Assembly (NCBI GenBank): GCA_963829365.1
Contig: CAWHIH010000009.1
Location: forward strand, 127,178-191,177
Direction: 5' to 3'
Length of the DNA stretch: 64,000 bases
Origin: an uncultured Alphaproteobacteria bacterium
GTDB lineage: Bacteria; Pseudomonadota; Alphaproteobacteria; Acetobacterales; Acetobacteraceae
Shown: positions 1 to 10,237 of the stretch, one piece after another
Layout: every line of letters starts with the position of its first letter
Numbering within the stretch: position 1 is the stretch's first letter
Position numbers and translations under genes: made by a program
Notes under the pieces: generated by a model
Databases searched by the model: none
What the model saw: only the letters and a program-made list of their open reading frames with translations
What the model was told of the DNA's origin: nothing

Positions 1-1
1 C

Positions 2-163
2 CCCGGTGCCGATGCCCTGCCGGAAGGCCACCCGGCCCATGGCAAGGGCCCGGTGGCCGGCGTACCGGCCGCCTATGTGTGCCGCAACGGCACCTGCGGC
101 CTGCCGGTCACCGATCCGGCGGCGCTGCCGGCGGCGCTCGCCCGGCCCCATACGAACGGTTGA
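2..163 (+). CDS. C-terminus of thioredoxin-domain YyaL/SSP411-family protein (partial, runs off window)
   Basis: Manual translation ...GKGPVAGVPAAYVCRNGTCGLPVTDPAAL...NG*; AYVCxxxxCxxPVTD is typical of YyaL C-termini. Confidence 0.7.
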   Translation, partial: PGADALPEGHPAHGKGPVAGVPAAYVCRNGTCGLPVTDPAALPAALARPHTNG

Positions 164-168
164 CGAAC
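154..168 (+). promoter_or_regulatory. Putative alphaproteobacterial LexA (SOS) box upstream of ogt
   Basis: GAAC-GGTTGAC-GAAC = GAAC-N7-GAAC, overlapping a TTGACG -35-like hexamer, about 50 bp upstream of a DNA-repair gene. Confidence 0.6.
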
Positions 169-215
169 CAAATGCTTGACGCGGCAAGGCCATGGGTGTG
201 GCATCCGCCACCGCA

Positions 216-744
216 ATGCCGCATTTGACCCTCCACACCCCGCTCGGCGAACTCACCGTCTTCGAGGACGAGGGGGCGATCGTGGCCGTCGACTGGGGCC
301 GCGGCTACGGCCCGGCGGATACGGCGCCGACCGCCCTGCTGCGCGAGGCGGCGGAGCAACTGCATGACTACTTCGACGGCAAGCGGGCGGCCTTCGACCT
401 GCCGCTGAACCCGCAGGGCACCGCCTTCCGCCGCACCGTCTGGGAGGCGCTCCGCCGCATCCCGCCGGGCGAGACGCGATCCTACCTCGACATCGCGCGG
501 GAGATCGGTTGCCTGTCGCCCCGCGCGATCGGCCAGGCCAACGGCTCCAACCCCATCCCCATCATCATCCCCTGCCACCGGGTGGTGGCGGCGAATGGCG
601 GAAATCGGTGGCTATTCCGGCGGCGAGGGCATCGTGACCAAGCGCTATCTGCTGGCCCTTGAAGCGCGCGGCCTTTCCCGTCAGGAAGCCACGATACTTC
701 CCCTGTTCCGCCCCCCGGCGACCGATCAAGGAACCCCCCGATGA
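216..744 (+). CDS. ogt: Methylated-DNA--protein-cysteine methyltransferase (one frameshift near 600)
   Basis: IIIPCHRVV active-site motif, GTAFRRTVWEAL; C-terminus GGYSGGEGIVTKRYLLALE continues in another frame to TGA at 742-744. Confidence 0.9.
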
Positions 745-1709
745 ACCACGCCATCCGCGTCCACGAGAACGGCGGCCCCGAGAAGCTGGTGTGGGAGGAA
801 GTCCCACTGCCGGACCCGAAGCCGGGCGAGGTGCTGGTGCGGCACAAGGCGGTCGGGCTGAACTACATCGACGTCTATTTCCGCACCGGCCTCTACAAGG
901 CGCCCTCCATGCCGGTGACCATCGGCATGGAGGGTGCCGGCGTCATCGAGGCGGTGGGCGACGGGGTGACCGACCTCAAGCTCGGTGACCGCGTGGCCTA
1001 TGCCGGCGCGCTCGGCGCCTATGCCGAGGCCCGCTGCGCCCCGGCCGACCGGCTGGTGAAGATCCCGGACGGGATCGACTTCACCCAGGCCGCGGCGATG
1101 ATGCTGCAGGGCATGACCGCGCAATTCCTGATCCGCCGCACCCACCGGGTGAAGGCGGGCGAGACCATCCTGGTGCATGCCGCGGCCGGCGGCGTCGGCC
1201 TCATCCTGGTGCAATGGGCGAAGCACCTGGGCGCCACCGTCATCGGCGTGGTCTCGACCCCGGAGAAGGCCGAGCTGATCAAGGCGGCGGGCGCCGACCA
1301 CGCGCTGCTGACCAGCGAGAACATCCCTGACCGGGTCAAGGACATCACCGGCGGGGCGATGGTGCCGGTGGTCTATGACAGCGTCGGCAAGGACACCTTC
1401 ATCACCTCGCTGGACTGCCTGCAGCCGCTCGGGCTGATGGTCAGCTTCGGCAATGCCTCCGGACCGGTGACCACCGACCTCGGCATCCTCGCCGCCAAGG
1501 GCTCGCTCTATGTGACGCGGCCGACGCTGAACACCTACACCGCCAAGCGGTCCGACCTGGTGGCCACGGCGAACGAGTTGTTCGAAGTGGTGAAGTCCGG
1601 CGCGGTGAAGATCAACGTCAACCAGACCTTCCCGCTGAAGGACGCCGCCGAGGGCCACCGGGCACTGGAAAGCCGCAAGACCACCGGCAGCACGGTGTAC
1701 ATTCCGTAA
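741..1709 (+). CDS. qor: NADPH:quinone oxidoreductase (zeta-crystallin/MDR family)
   Basis: GLNYIDVYFRTGLY, HAAAGGVG, YDSVGKDT, KGSLYVTRPTL motifs. Confidence 0.92.
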   Translation: MNHAIRVHENGGPEKLVWEEVPLPDPKPGEVLVRHKAVGLNYIDVYFRTGLYKAPSMPVTIGMEGAGVIEAVGDGVTDLKLGDRVAYAGALGAYAEARCAPADRLVKIPDGIDFTQAAAMMLQGMTAQFLIRRTHRVKAGETILVHAAAGGVGLILVQWAKHLGATVIGVVSTPEKAELIKAAGADHALLTSENIPDRVKDITGGAMVPVVYDSVGKDTFITSLDCLQPLGLMVSFGNASGPVTTDLGILAAKGSLYVTRPTLNTYTAKRSDLVATANELFEVVKSGAVKINVNQTFPLKDAAEGHRALESRKTTGSTVYIP

Positions 1710-1722
1710 TATATTTGGCGGG

Positions 1723-1759
1723 GGCGGTTTCGGCCGGAGGCGTTCCGGCCGAAATTGCC
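1723..1759. terminator. Stem-loop between convergent qor and HD genes
   Basis: TTTCGGCCGGA-N5-TCCGGCCGAAA inverted repeat, extendable with G-U pairs. Confidence 0.5.
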
Positions 1760-1912
1760 GGTTCATGGAAGGGCATCGGCTTTCGCCGGATGCATGCCGG
1801 CCCGAATCATGCCATGCTGTCGGCAAGGACGCCGGCTGTGCGCCCCGGGGCCGTTCCCTTCCTCGCGGCCTACGAGGTCAATCCCCCCAAGCGCGGCCGG
1901 CGTCCCGGTATT

Positions 1913-2482
1913 TCAGTCCTCGGTGGCGAGGCGTGCCACCGCGGCGCGGTAGGTCGCCTCGAACAGCGCATCGAGCGCCGGGTTGGCGCCCTTGGCCTCG
2001 GCCGCGACCCGCCCGGCCCAGCCGACATACTCCAGCCGCCGGGCATGGTTCCAGCCGGCCGGCGGGCTGGCAAGGATGGTCCGCAGGTTCGAGATCTTGT
2101 CGGCCAGCTTCACCTGCTTCGCCGCCGCCGATGCCTTGCGGGCGTGGCGCACCTGCAGCCCCTTGCGGACCTCCTTCGGCAGGGACTTGTCGTCCGACAC
2201 CTCCGCCACGATGCCGGCGACCTCCGGCCCGAAGGTGGCTTCGAGGTCCGCCAGGGTGGTCGGCGTCGGGTCCTCGTCGCTGTCCTCCACCGTGTCGTGC
2301 AGCAGGCCGGCGATGATGGCGGCGACGGGGGCGCCGTGGGCGGCAAGGATCTCCGCCACATCCAGCACATGGTTCACATAGGGCTCGGCGGCGGCGCCCT
2401 TGCGGCGGTGGGTGGCATGGACCCGGGCGGCGTAGCTGGCAGCGTGGAGCACCGCGGCGAGGGAACTGGTCTGGTGCTCCAT
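1913..2482 (-). CDS. Stand-alone HD-domain protein, Mesh1/small alarmone hydrolase-like
   Basis: H..RK....PYVNH, LLHDTVED, EVSDDK, VKLADKISNL: RelA/SpoT hydrolase-domain motifs with no synthetase domain. Confidence 0.85.
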   Translation of the reverse strand: MEHQTSSLAAVLHAASYAARVHATHRRKGAAAEPYVNHVLDVAEILAAHGAPVAAIIAGLLHDTVEDSDEDPTPTTLADLEATFGPEVAGIVAEVSDDKSLPKEVRKGLQVRHARKASAAAKQVKLADKISNLRTILASPPAGWNHARRLEYVGWAGRVAAEAKGANPALDALFEATYRAAVARLATED

Positions 2483-2507
2483 GCGGTCCTCCGGGCATCC
2501 GGCCAGC

Positions 2508-2530
2508 AGAAAGGGGGCTTTCGCCCCCTT
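2508..2530 (-). terminator. Probable intrinsic terminator after rho
   Basis: Minus strand AAGGGGGC-GAAA-GCCCCCTT followed by TCT, just downstream of the rho stop. Confidence 0.6.
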
Positions 2531-2546
2531 AACGCGTCACCTGGCC

Positions 2547-3821
2547 TCAGGTGTTCATGGCGTCGAAGAAGTCCTGGTTGGTCTTGCTGTACTTGAGCTT
2601 GTCCAGCAGGAACTCCATGGAATCCTGGGTGCCCATCGGGTTCAGGATGCGGCGCAGTACCCACATCTTGGCGATGGTGGCGCGGTCCACCAGCAGCTCT
2701 TCCTTGCGGGTGCCGGACTTGGTGATGTCGATCGCCGGGAAGGTGCGCTTGTCGGACAGCTTGCGGTCGAGGATGAGCTCGGAGTTGCCGGTGCCCTTGA
2801 ACTCCTCGAAGATCACCTCGTCCATGCGGCTGCCGGTATCGATCAGCGCCGTGGCGATGATAGTCAGCGAACCGCCTTCCTCGATGTTGCGCGCTGCACC
2901 GAAGAAGCGCTTCGGCCGCTGCAGCGCATTGGCGTCCACGCCGCCGGTCAGCACCTTGCCCGAGGACGGTACCACGGAGTTGTAGGCGCGGCCGAGGCGG
3001 GTGATGCTGTCGAGCAGGATCACCACGTCCCGCTTGTGCTCGACCAGCCGCTTGGCCTTCTCGAGCACCATCTCGGTCACCTGCACGTGGCGCGTCGCCG
3101 GCTCGTCGAAGGTGGAGGCGACCACCTCGCCGCGCACGGTGCGGGCCATGTCGGTGACCTCCTCGGGCCGCTCGTCGATGAGCAGCACCATCAGGAAGAC
3201 TTCCGGGTGGTTCGCCGTGATGGACTTGGCGATGTTCTGCAGCATTACCGTCTTGCCGGTGCGCGGCGGCGCCACGATCAGCGCGCGCTGACCCATGCCG
3301 ATCGGCGCGATCAGGTCGATGATGCGGTGGGTGTAGTCCTTGGTCGGGCCCTTGCCGACCGCCTCCGCCTCCGGGTTCTCCATCTTCAGGCGACGGTTCG
3401 GATAGAGCGGGGTGAGGTTGTCGAAGTTGATCCGGTGGCGCAGCGCCTCCGGCGGCTCGAAGTTGATGGCGTTGACCTTCAGCAGCGCGAAGTAACGTTC
3501 GCCATCCTTCGGCGCGCGGATCTGGCCTTCCACCGTGTCGCCGGTCCGCAGGCCGAAGCGGCGGACCTGGGCGGGGCTGATGTAGATGTCGTCCGGGCCG
3601 GGCAGGAAGTTCGCCTGCGGGCTGCGGAGGAAGCCGAAGCCGTCGGGCAGGATCTCCAGCGTGCCTTCGCCGAAGATCGCCTGGTCGTTTTCCGCCAATT
3701 GCTTGAGGATCGCGAACATCATGTCCTGCTTGCGCAGCGATGATGCGTTCTCGATCTGCAACTCCTCGGCGAAGGAGAGGAGGTCAGCGGGGCTCTTGGC
3801 CTTGAGTTCGGAAAGATGCAT
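2547..3821 (-). CDS. rho: Transcription termination factor Rho
   Basis: MHLSELK start, [41 protein letters not shown]. Confidence 0.98.
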   Translation of the reverse strand: MHLSELKAKSPADLLSFAEELQIENASSLRKQDMMFAILKQLAENDQAIFGEGTLEILPDGFGFLRSPQANFLPGPDDIYISPAQVRRFGLRTGDTVEGQIRAPKDGERYFALLKVNAINFEPPEALRHRINFDNLTPLYPNRRLKMENPEAEAVGKGPTKDYTHRIIDLIAPIGMGQRALIVAPPRTGKTVMLQNIAKSITANHPEVFLMVLLIDERPEEVTDMARTVRGEVVASTFDEPATRHVQVTEMVLEKAKRLVEHKRDVVILLDSITRLGRAYNSVVPSSGKVLTGGVDANALQRPKRFFGAARNIEEGGSLTIIATALIDTGSRMDEVIFEEFKGTGNSELILDRKLSDKRTFPAIDITKSGTRKEELLVDRATIAKMWVLRRILNPMGTQDSMEFLLDKLKYSKTNQDFFDAMNT

Positions 3822-4135
3822 GGCGCGGTGCGTCCAGATGCGAGGAGACAGGACGGTCCCAATGAGGCCGGGGTTGCGCAGCAGGCTGCGCCTTTGGTCC
3901 GGCCCTTCCGCCTGCGCCACGAACGCGACCCTGTAGCGGGTCGGGGCCAATGGCCGGCGATGTCCAAGATAAGGAAGGGGGAGAGAGAGGCGGCACGGCG
4001 TGAAAGGCGCCTGCCACCCCGAGGAAGCGACCTGACCCTAAGGATCAAGCCACCGGCCGTCAACTCATCAGATGGCGGGCCCGGATGGTTTCGTCAAGAT
4101 GGTTTTGCCGGGCCCGGGCTGCGGGAACGCGGCGT

Positions 4136-4588
4136 TCAGAACGGCTTCACGATCACCATGACGACGATGACCAGCAGCAGCACGGTGGGCACCTCGTTCA
4201 TCGCCCGCCAGTAGCGCTCGGTCCGCGGCCGGCCGTCCGCCAGGAACGCCTTGCGCGCGCCTGCCAGGTGCATGTGGAAGCCGGTCATCGCCACGACCGA
4301 GAGCAGCTTCAGGTGCCACCAGCCGGCGCCCCAGTCCACCGCGCCCGGGGTGAGCACCAGGGTGATCCCGAACAGCCAGGCGGCGATCATGGCGGGGTTC
4401 ATGATGGCCCGCAGCAGCCGCCGCTCCATGGTCTTGAACAGCTCGCTCTCGCCGCCGCCGACCGCCACCTGGGTGTGGTAGACGAACAGCCGCGGCAGGT
4501 AGAACAGCCCGGCCATCCAGGCGAACACCGAGATCAGGTGCAGCGCCTTGGTCCACAGGTAGTAGGGCCCGAGGAAATCCAGCGTCAT
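4136..4588 (-). CDS. hemJ: Protoporphyrinogen oxidase HemJ (CopD family)
   Basis: WMAGLFYLPRLFVYH, MERRLLRAIMNPAM, NEVPT...VKPF; located in hem operon. Confidence 0.93.
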   Translation of the reverse strand: MTLDFLGPYYLWTKALHLISVFAWMAGLFYLPRLFVYHTQVAVGGGESELFKTMERRLLRAIMNPAMIAAWLFGITLVLTPGAVDWGAGWWHLKLLSVVAMTGFHMHLAGARKAFLADGRPRTERYWRAMNEVPTVLLLVIVVMVIVKPF

Positions 4589-5252
4589 CCGTGCTTCGCT
4601 CCGTCCGCCAGCCCCAGCAGCCCGGGCAATTCGGCCATGTCGGTGAAGGTCTCCGCGCCCACGGCGGCCAGCACCCGCGGGTCGATGTCCCGCGCGAAGC
4701 CCAGCACGCGGCAGCCGGCGAGGATGCCGGCCTCGGCGCCGAGCAGGCTGTCCTCCACCACCACGCAATCGGCGGGCAAAGCGCCGCAGGCCGCCGCCGC
4801 CGCCAGGTAGATGTCCGGCGCGGGCTTGGCGCGGGCGACATCCTCGAAGCTGAACACCCGGTCGCCGAACAACCCGGCCAGTTCCAGCCGCCTGAGCTTG
4901 GCCGCCAATTCTCCCGCGCGGAGTTGGAGGCGACCGCCAGCGGAATGCCGGCCGCCGCCACCGCGCGCACCGCGGCCAGGGCACCGGGCACCGGCTCCAC
5001 CTCGTCGAGCAAGGCGGCCATGATGCGGCGCGATAACACCGCTCCCCAATCCGCCGGCAACCGCCCGACGCGGCCCTCGATCACCGGCATCATGGCCGGC
5101 AGCGCCATGCCGAGGAAGGTCTCCCGCGCCTGCTCCGGCGATATCCGCCAGCCGCGGGCGGTGAGCTCGGCGGATACCATGCGGTTCACCAGCCCCTCGC
5201 TGTCCGCCAGCACCCCGTCGCAGTCGAACAGCACCGCGGCCGGGCGGATCAT
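4585..5252 (-). CDS. HAD-family phosphatase (frameshift near 4915)
   Basis: LFDCDGVLADSE, VASNS, KPAPDIY, VVEDS motifs split over two frames. Confidence 0.85.
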
Positions 5253-6331
5253 GCGGGCTCCCGGGCGCGGGTGGTGGCACGGGCATGCGGGCAGTCGCCG
5301 AAGGCCTTGGGGCATTGCCGGGCGCCGGCGAAGCTGCACAGCGGCCGGTCGCCGCCGGTCGCCCGCAGCGCGAGGTCGCGGAGCGCCGCGATGAAGGCCG
5401 GGTCGCTGTTCTGCGCCGGCACCCGGAAATAGCCGGGCACGCCGAGCTTCTCGGCCTCCTCGCGGTATTCCACGTCCAGCTCGACCAGGGTTTCCGAATG
5501 CTCGGAGACGAAGGCGATCGGGCAGACCAGCACCGCGGCCTTGTCGTGCCCGGCCCGCTCCAGCTCCTCCTCGGTGCTGAGGGCCGATCCATTTCTGCGG
5601 CGTCACCCGGGACTGGTAGCAGACGACGTGGTCCAGCTCCGGCGATGTCGAGCTGGGCGACCACCGAGGCCACCGTCCGCTCGACCTGCCACTGGTAGGG
5701 GTCGCCGCGCTTCACGATGCTCTCCGGCAGGCCGTGGGCGGAGAACAGCACCCGCAGCGGCACCTCGGGCGCCAGGGCGGCCCTGGCGCGTCCTAGGCGG
5801 CCTGGACGATGGCCGCGGTCGGCCGCGGCGAAGCCGTCGTCGGAGTGGTAGCAGCACAGCGTGGTGGTCGGCACCGCCAGCCCGGCCTTGGCGCGCCGCC
5901 TGCCCCCAGGCGGTGACGCTGCTGCCGGTGGTGGTGGTGGAATACTGCGGATAGAGCGGCAGCAGCAGCACGCTGTCCGGTGCCCAGGCCTTCACCTGCC
6001 CGGGCAGTCGGCGTCGGACATCGGGTGCCAGTAGCGCATCGCCACGAAGCAGCGGTACTCGGCCTGCCCGCTGGCGTTCAGCGCGGCTTCCAGCGTTGCG
6101 GCCCTGCTCCTCGGTCAGCTCCAGCAGCGGGGACTTGCCGCCGATGATGGCGTAGTTCTCCGAAGCCGCCTTGGTCCGCCGCTTGGCGATGAATTTGCCC
6201 AGCCAGGGCCGAACGAACCCCGGCACCCGCAGGATAGCGGGGTCGGTGAACAGGTTCTCCAGGAAGGGACGCACGCTGTCAGGCGCGTCCGGCCCCCCGA
6301 GGTTGAACAGAACCACCGCAACCCGCTGCAT
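5249..6331 (-). CDS. hemH: Ferrochelatase (several frameshifts)
   Basis: VVLFNLGGP, GGKSPL, LLPLYPQYSTTTTGSS, FSAHGLP, GDPYQ, FVSEHSETLVELD spread over frames. Confidence 0.93.
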
Positions 6332-6387
6332 CGAAACTCCCCGGACCGTCCGTCGCCAGCACCATGGCGTGACTGATATGGCGCGGG

Positions 6388-7446
6388 TTAGCCTGTCCGC
6401 ACCAGTCGCACCAGGGCCGAGACGTGATCCGGCGGGGTGACCTTCTCGATGCCATGTCCGAGGTTGAAGATGAACGGCCGTCCGCGCATGGCCGCGAGCA
6501 CGGACCGCGCCTCGGTCTCCAGCGCCATGCCGCCGGTCACCAGCGACAGCGGATCGAGGTTGCCCTGCAGCGCCATGCCCGGCGGCACCGCGCCGGCAGC
6601 CCAGCGCAGGTCCATGCTGGTATCGATGCCGAGCGCCTGCACCCCGGTCCGCTGGGCGTATTCGGCCAGCATCGGCCCGGCCAGCCGGGGGAAGCCGATG
6701 ATCGGGATCTCCGGGTGCCGCTTGCGGATGGCCCGCACCAGGGTGGCGGTCGGCTCGATGACCCAGCGGCGGAACTGGGAGGGCGACAGCAGCCCGGCCC
6801 AGCTGTCGAACAGCATCAGCACCTCGGCGCCGGCTTCCACCTGGGCCAGCAGGTAGTCCGTGGTCGCCTCGATCAGGGTACGGATCAGCCGGCCGAACAG
6901 CGCCGGGTCGCTGTAGGCGAGGCCCCGGGCGGCGGCGAAGTCCCGGCTGCCATGGCCCTCGACCATGTAGCAGGCGACCGTGAAGGGGCTGCCGGCGAAG
7001 CCGATCAGCGCGACCTTGGGGGCCTCGGCATCCAGCGCGGCGCGCACCAGCCGGACGGTCTCCATGATCGGCGCGGCATTGCGGGCGCAGACGGTCGGGT
7101 CCAGCCGGCCGATGGCGGCGGCGTCCCGCACCGGCTCCAGCACCGGCCCCTCGCCCTCGGCGAAATGCAGCGGCTGGCCCATGGCCCAGGGCACCATGAG
7201 GATGTCGGAGAACAGGATGGCCGCATCGAAGCCGTAGCGGCGAATCGGCTGGAGGGTGACCTCGGCCGCCATCTCCGGCGCGGTGCAGAGGGCGATGAAG
7301 CCGCCGGCCTGGGCGCGGATCTCCCGGTATTCGGGCAGGTAGCGGCCGGCCTGGCGCATCAGCCACATCGGTGGCGGCCAGACCGCCTCGCCGGCCAGCG
7401 CCCGCAGCATCGGTTTCTGAGTCGGATTGCTCGCTTGCCCGGACAT
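6388..7446 (-). CDS. hemE: Uroporphyrinogen decarboxylase
   Basis: WLMRQAGRYLPEY, DAAILFSDIL, IGFAGSPFT, FDSWAG, QGNLDP, FNLGHGI. Confidence 0.97.
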   Translation of the reverse strand: MSGQASNPTQKPMLRALAGEAVWPPPMWLMRQAGRYLPEYREIRAQAGGFIALCTAPEMAAEVTLQPIRRYGFDAAILFSDILMVPWAMGQPLHFAEGEGPVLEPVRDAAAIGRLDPTVCARNAAPIMETVRLVRAALDAEAPKVALIGFAGSPFTVACYMVEGHGSRDFAAARGLAYSDPALFGRLIRTLIEATTDYLLAQVEAGAEVLMLFDSWAGLLSPSQFRRWVIEPTATLVRAIRKRHPEIPIIGFPRLAGPMLAEYAQRTGVQALGIDTSMDLRWAAGAVPPGMALQGNLDPLSLVTGGMALETEARSVLAAMRGRPFIFNLGHGIEKVTPPDHVSALVRLVRTG

Positions 7447-7758
7447 GTCGCTCTCCCTCGCCCCTCTCCCTTCGCAAGAAAACAGGATTCTTGAAAGGAT
7501 GTAGTGGATGTAGGGGCTGTGGATGATGTGGAGGCAATTGCCCCGAGGTTCATCCACAGATCTGTCCACCGCCCCTGAGTCGGCCATGGCGCTGACTCGG
7601 GTGGGTAATTCCCGGTTGCCCCGGAGTCGGACAACCAGGCCCGGATTCCTCTCCCGTCGGTCGGATCGATCAGGACTCGGTCACCCAACTCACCGCCGCC
7701 CGAACTCAGCGGCATAGTTTTCCCGGTTATCCCCAGCGCTTCGCGCTATTCTCCCCGG
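7447..7758. other. Probable chromosomal replication origin (oriC)
   Basis: hemE/PDRP divergent intergenic region; TCATCCACA at 7518-7526 (-) and 7550-7558 (+), TTATCCCCA at 7727-7735; box-GCCCC-TACATCCACTAC tract; 7 GANTC sites in 7419-7678. Confidence 0.75.
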
Positions 7759-8655
7759 ATGTCCCACAGAACCATCAACCTCCACCTGGTCTCAGACAGC
7801 ACGGGCGAGACGTTGAACTCGATCGCCCGCGCCACCCTCTCGCGGTTCGAGGACCACCATGTGGTGCATCACCGCTGGAGCCTCATCCGCTCCCGCCTGC
7901 AACTCGACCGGGTGCTGGAGGGGCTGAACCACGAGCCCGGGCCGGTGCTGTTCACCCTGGTGGACCGCAGCCTGCGGCTGGCGCTGGAGGAAACCTGCAG
8001 CCGGCTCGGGGTGCCCTGCCTCTCGGTGCTCGATGAGGTGATGGAGTTGCTGCAAAGCCAGCTCGGCGCCCGGGCCAAGGAGAAGCGCGCCGCCCAGCAC
8101 GTGATGGACGCCGACTACTTCCGCCGGATCGATGCCATGCACTATGTCCTCTCGCATGACGACGGCCAGGGTACGGCCGGCATCGCCGAGGCCGATGTCT
8201 GCCTCGTCGGCGTCTCGCGCAGCAGCAAGACCCCCACCTGCTTCTACCTGGCAAATCGCGGCATCAAGGCAGCGAACGTGCCGATCGTGCCCAGCACCCC
8301 GCTGCCGCCGGAACTGCTGGAGCCGCCCTGCGCGGTGGTGGGCCTGACCATCGAGACCAATGCGCTGATCGAGATCCGCCGGCACCGGCTGCGGCTGATC
8401 GGCGCCGATGGGGTCCGCCAGGACACCAACGACTACGTGGATCATGACAGCGTGAAGGCCGAGATCCTGGCCGCCCGCCGGCTGTGCAACCAGCACGGCT
8501 GGCCGGTGATCGACGTGACCCGCCGCAGCATCGAGGAAACCGCCGCCACCGTGCTGCAGCTCATGGAAGCCTGGCACGCCCGGCGCGGCCGCACCTCGGG
8601 CGCCACGCCGCTCGACCCGGCGGCGCCGGTCCTGGGCGGGGCGCCGGGCCAGTGA
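7759..8655 (+). CDS. ppsR: Pyruvate,water/phosphate dikinase regulatory protein (kinase/pyrophosphorylase, DUF299)
   Basis: [44 protein letters not shown]. Confidence 0.92.
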   Translation: MSHRTINLHLVSDSTGETLNSIARATLSRFEDHHVVHHRWSLIRSRLQLDRVLEGLNHEPGPVLFTLVDRSLRLALEETCSRLGVPCLSVLDEVMELLQSQLGARAKEKRAAQHVMDADYFRRIDAMHYVLSHDDGQGTAGIAEADVCLVGVSRSSKTPTCFYLANRGIKAANVPIVPSTPLPPELLEPPCAVVGLTIETNALIEIRRHRLRLIGADGVRQDTNDYVDHDSVKAEILAARRLCNQHGWPVIDVTRRSIEETAATVLQLMEAWHARRGRTSGATPLDPAAPVLGGAPGQ

Positions 8656-9264
8656 TCCAGCGACCCGGGCCCCGCATCATCCTGGCCACCGCCTCGGCCG
8701 CACGGCGGGCGGTGCTGGCGGCGGCCGGCATCGACTTCGACTGCCCAGGCGGCGGCGGTGGACGAGGCGGCGATCAAGGAAAGCGCCCAGGCCGAGGGCC
8801 TCGCCCCCGCCGAGGCGGCGATGCTGCTGGCCGAGGCCAAGGCCCAGCGCATCGCCCGGCGCGAGCCGGAGGCGGTGGTGATCGGCGCCGACCAGATGCT
8901 GGTCTGCGAGGGCCGGTGGTTCGACAAGCCACCGGACATGGCCGCCGCCCGGAACCACCTGCTGGCGTTGCGGGGCAAGCCGCATGAGCTGGTCACCGCC
9001 TTGGTCTGCTGGCGCCATGGGGAACGGGTGTGGCAGCACCTCGCCCGGCCACGGCTGACCATGCGCAACTTCTCCGACGAGTTCCTTGGTGCCTATCTGG
9101 CGGCGGAGGGCGAGGCGGTGCTGGGCTCGGTCGGTGCCTACCGGCTGGAAGGGCTCGGGGTGCAGCTGTTCTCCGCGGTGGAGGGCGAGCACAGCGCCAT
9201 CCTCGGCCTGCCGCTGGTGCCGCTGCTGGGCTTCCTGCGTGGCCACGGCGTGCTGCTGGCCTGA
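8652..9264 (+). CDS. maf: Maf-family nucleotide pyrophosphatase (frameshift near 8745)
   Basis: [43 protein letters not shown]. Confidence 0.9.
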
Positions 9265-9271
9265 AGCCCGT

Positions 9272-9657
9272 TCAACCCGGCGGGCGGCGTCCCGTCTCCG
9301 GCGGCAGGGCTTCCAGCACCGCCGCCAGGGCGGCGATCGCCTCGGGTGGCAGCCGGTGGATCTCGCGTGCCAGCAGGTTGGCCAGGGCGGTCGCCTCGGG
9401 GCTCAGCCCGGCGGTGTCCAGCACCACCCGCGGGTGGGACAGGCGGGCGAGCCGGGCCAGTCTCCTCCGCATCATCCCAGATCAGCCCGAAGAACTCGTT
9501 CACCTGGTGGATCAGCCCCGGCGAGGGCCGGCCGCGGTGGCCGTGCTCCAGCGCCGAGAGATAGGCCGGCGAGACATGCAGCGCCTCGGCCAGGGCCGCC
9601 TGGCTGACGCCGCGCGCTTCCCGCAGGGCGCGCAGGCGGGCTGCCGAAGGGGGTCAC
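9272..9657 (-). CDS. XRE-family HTH protein (frameshifted)
   Basis: Reassembled MTPFG..LRALREARGVSQAALAEALHVSPAYLSALEHGHRGRP...IWDDAEE...LSHPRVVLDTAGLSPEAT; usual neighbour of Smr genes. Confidence 0.75.
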
Positions 9658-10226
9658 CAGCTTCGCTTCCGGATCAGCAGGTGCACTGCGCCCGGGTTGC
9701 TGGCATGCGGATGCGCGGCGCCGAGCACCAGCGGGCGCATGTCCGCGGTGTTCAGCCAGAACGGCAATTCCCGCCGTAGCACTCCGCCTTCCAGCGAGGA
9801 CCCCTTGCCGGTGACGATGGCGACGCAGCGCACGCCATCCGCCTGGGCATCGTGCAGGAAGCGGCGCACCGCCATATGCGCGTCCTGCGCCCGGCGGCCG
9901 TGCAGGTCCAGCGTGCGTTCCGGCCGGGTGCGGCCACGTCGCAACTCCCGCCAGCGCTTTCCGTCGATGCCGGGGGGCGGGGTGCCGACCTGCAATTCGG
10001 GGGCGGCGCGGCTGGGCGAGACGACCAGCGGCAGCACGGCGGGCGCGGGCGGGGCCGGCAGCGGCTGCGTGGCCGGGGGATGGGCGGCAGCCGGCGGCTT
10101 GGCAAGCGCCTTGCCCGGCATCGGCGCGACCTGGGCCTTGGTGGTCCAGATCTGCCACAGCGTGCGATCACCCTCGGTCAGGCCCCGGCGGGGCCGCGTT
10201 GGTGCGGACACCGGCCGTTTCTGCAT
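9654..10226 (-). CDS. Smr/MutS2-domain protein
   Basis: RTLDLHG, VAIVTGKG, GVLRRELPFWL motifs. Confidence 0.9.
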   Translation of the reverse strand: MQKRPVSAPTRPRRGLTEGDRTLWQIWTTKAQVAPMPGKALAKPPAAAHPPATQPLPAPPAPAVLPLVVSPSRAAPELQVGTPPPGIDGKRWRELRRGRTRPERTLDLHGRRAQDAHMAVRRFLHDAQADGVRCVAIVTGKGSSLEGGVLRRELPFWLNTADMRPLVLGAAHPHASNPGAVHLLIRKRSW

Positions 10227-10237
10227 GGCGCGGCCGG

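Noticed and set aside
5249-6331. hemH as a pseudogene or programmed-frameshift gene
   Set aside because: Multiple scattered indels with no slippery-site pattern in a normally essential gene; sequencing error is more parsimonious
7447-7758. CtrA binding sites in the putative origin
   Set aside because: No TTAA-N7-TTAA motif present
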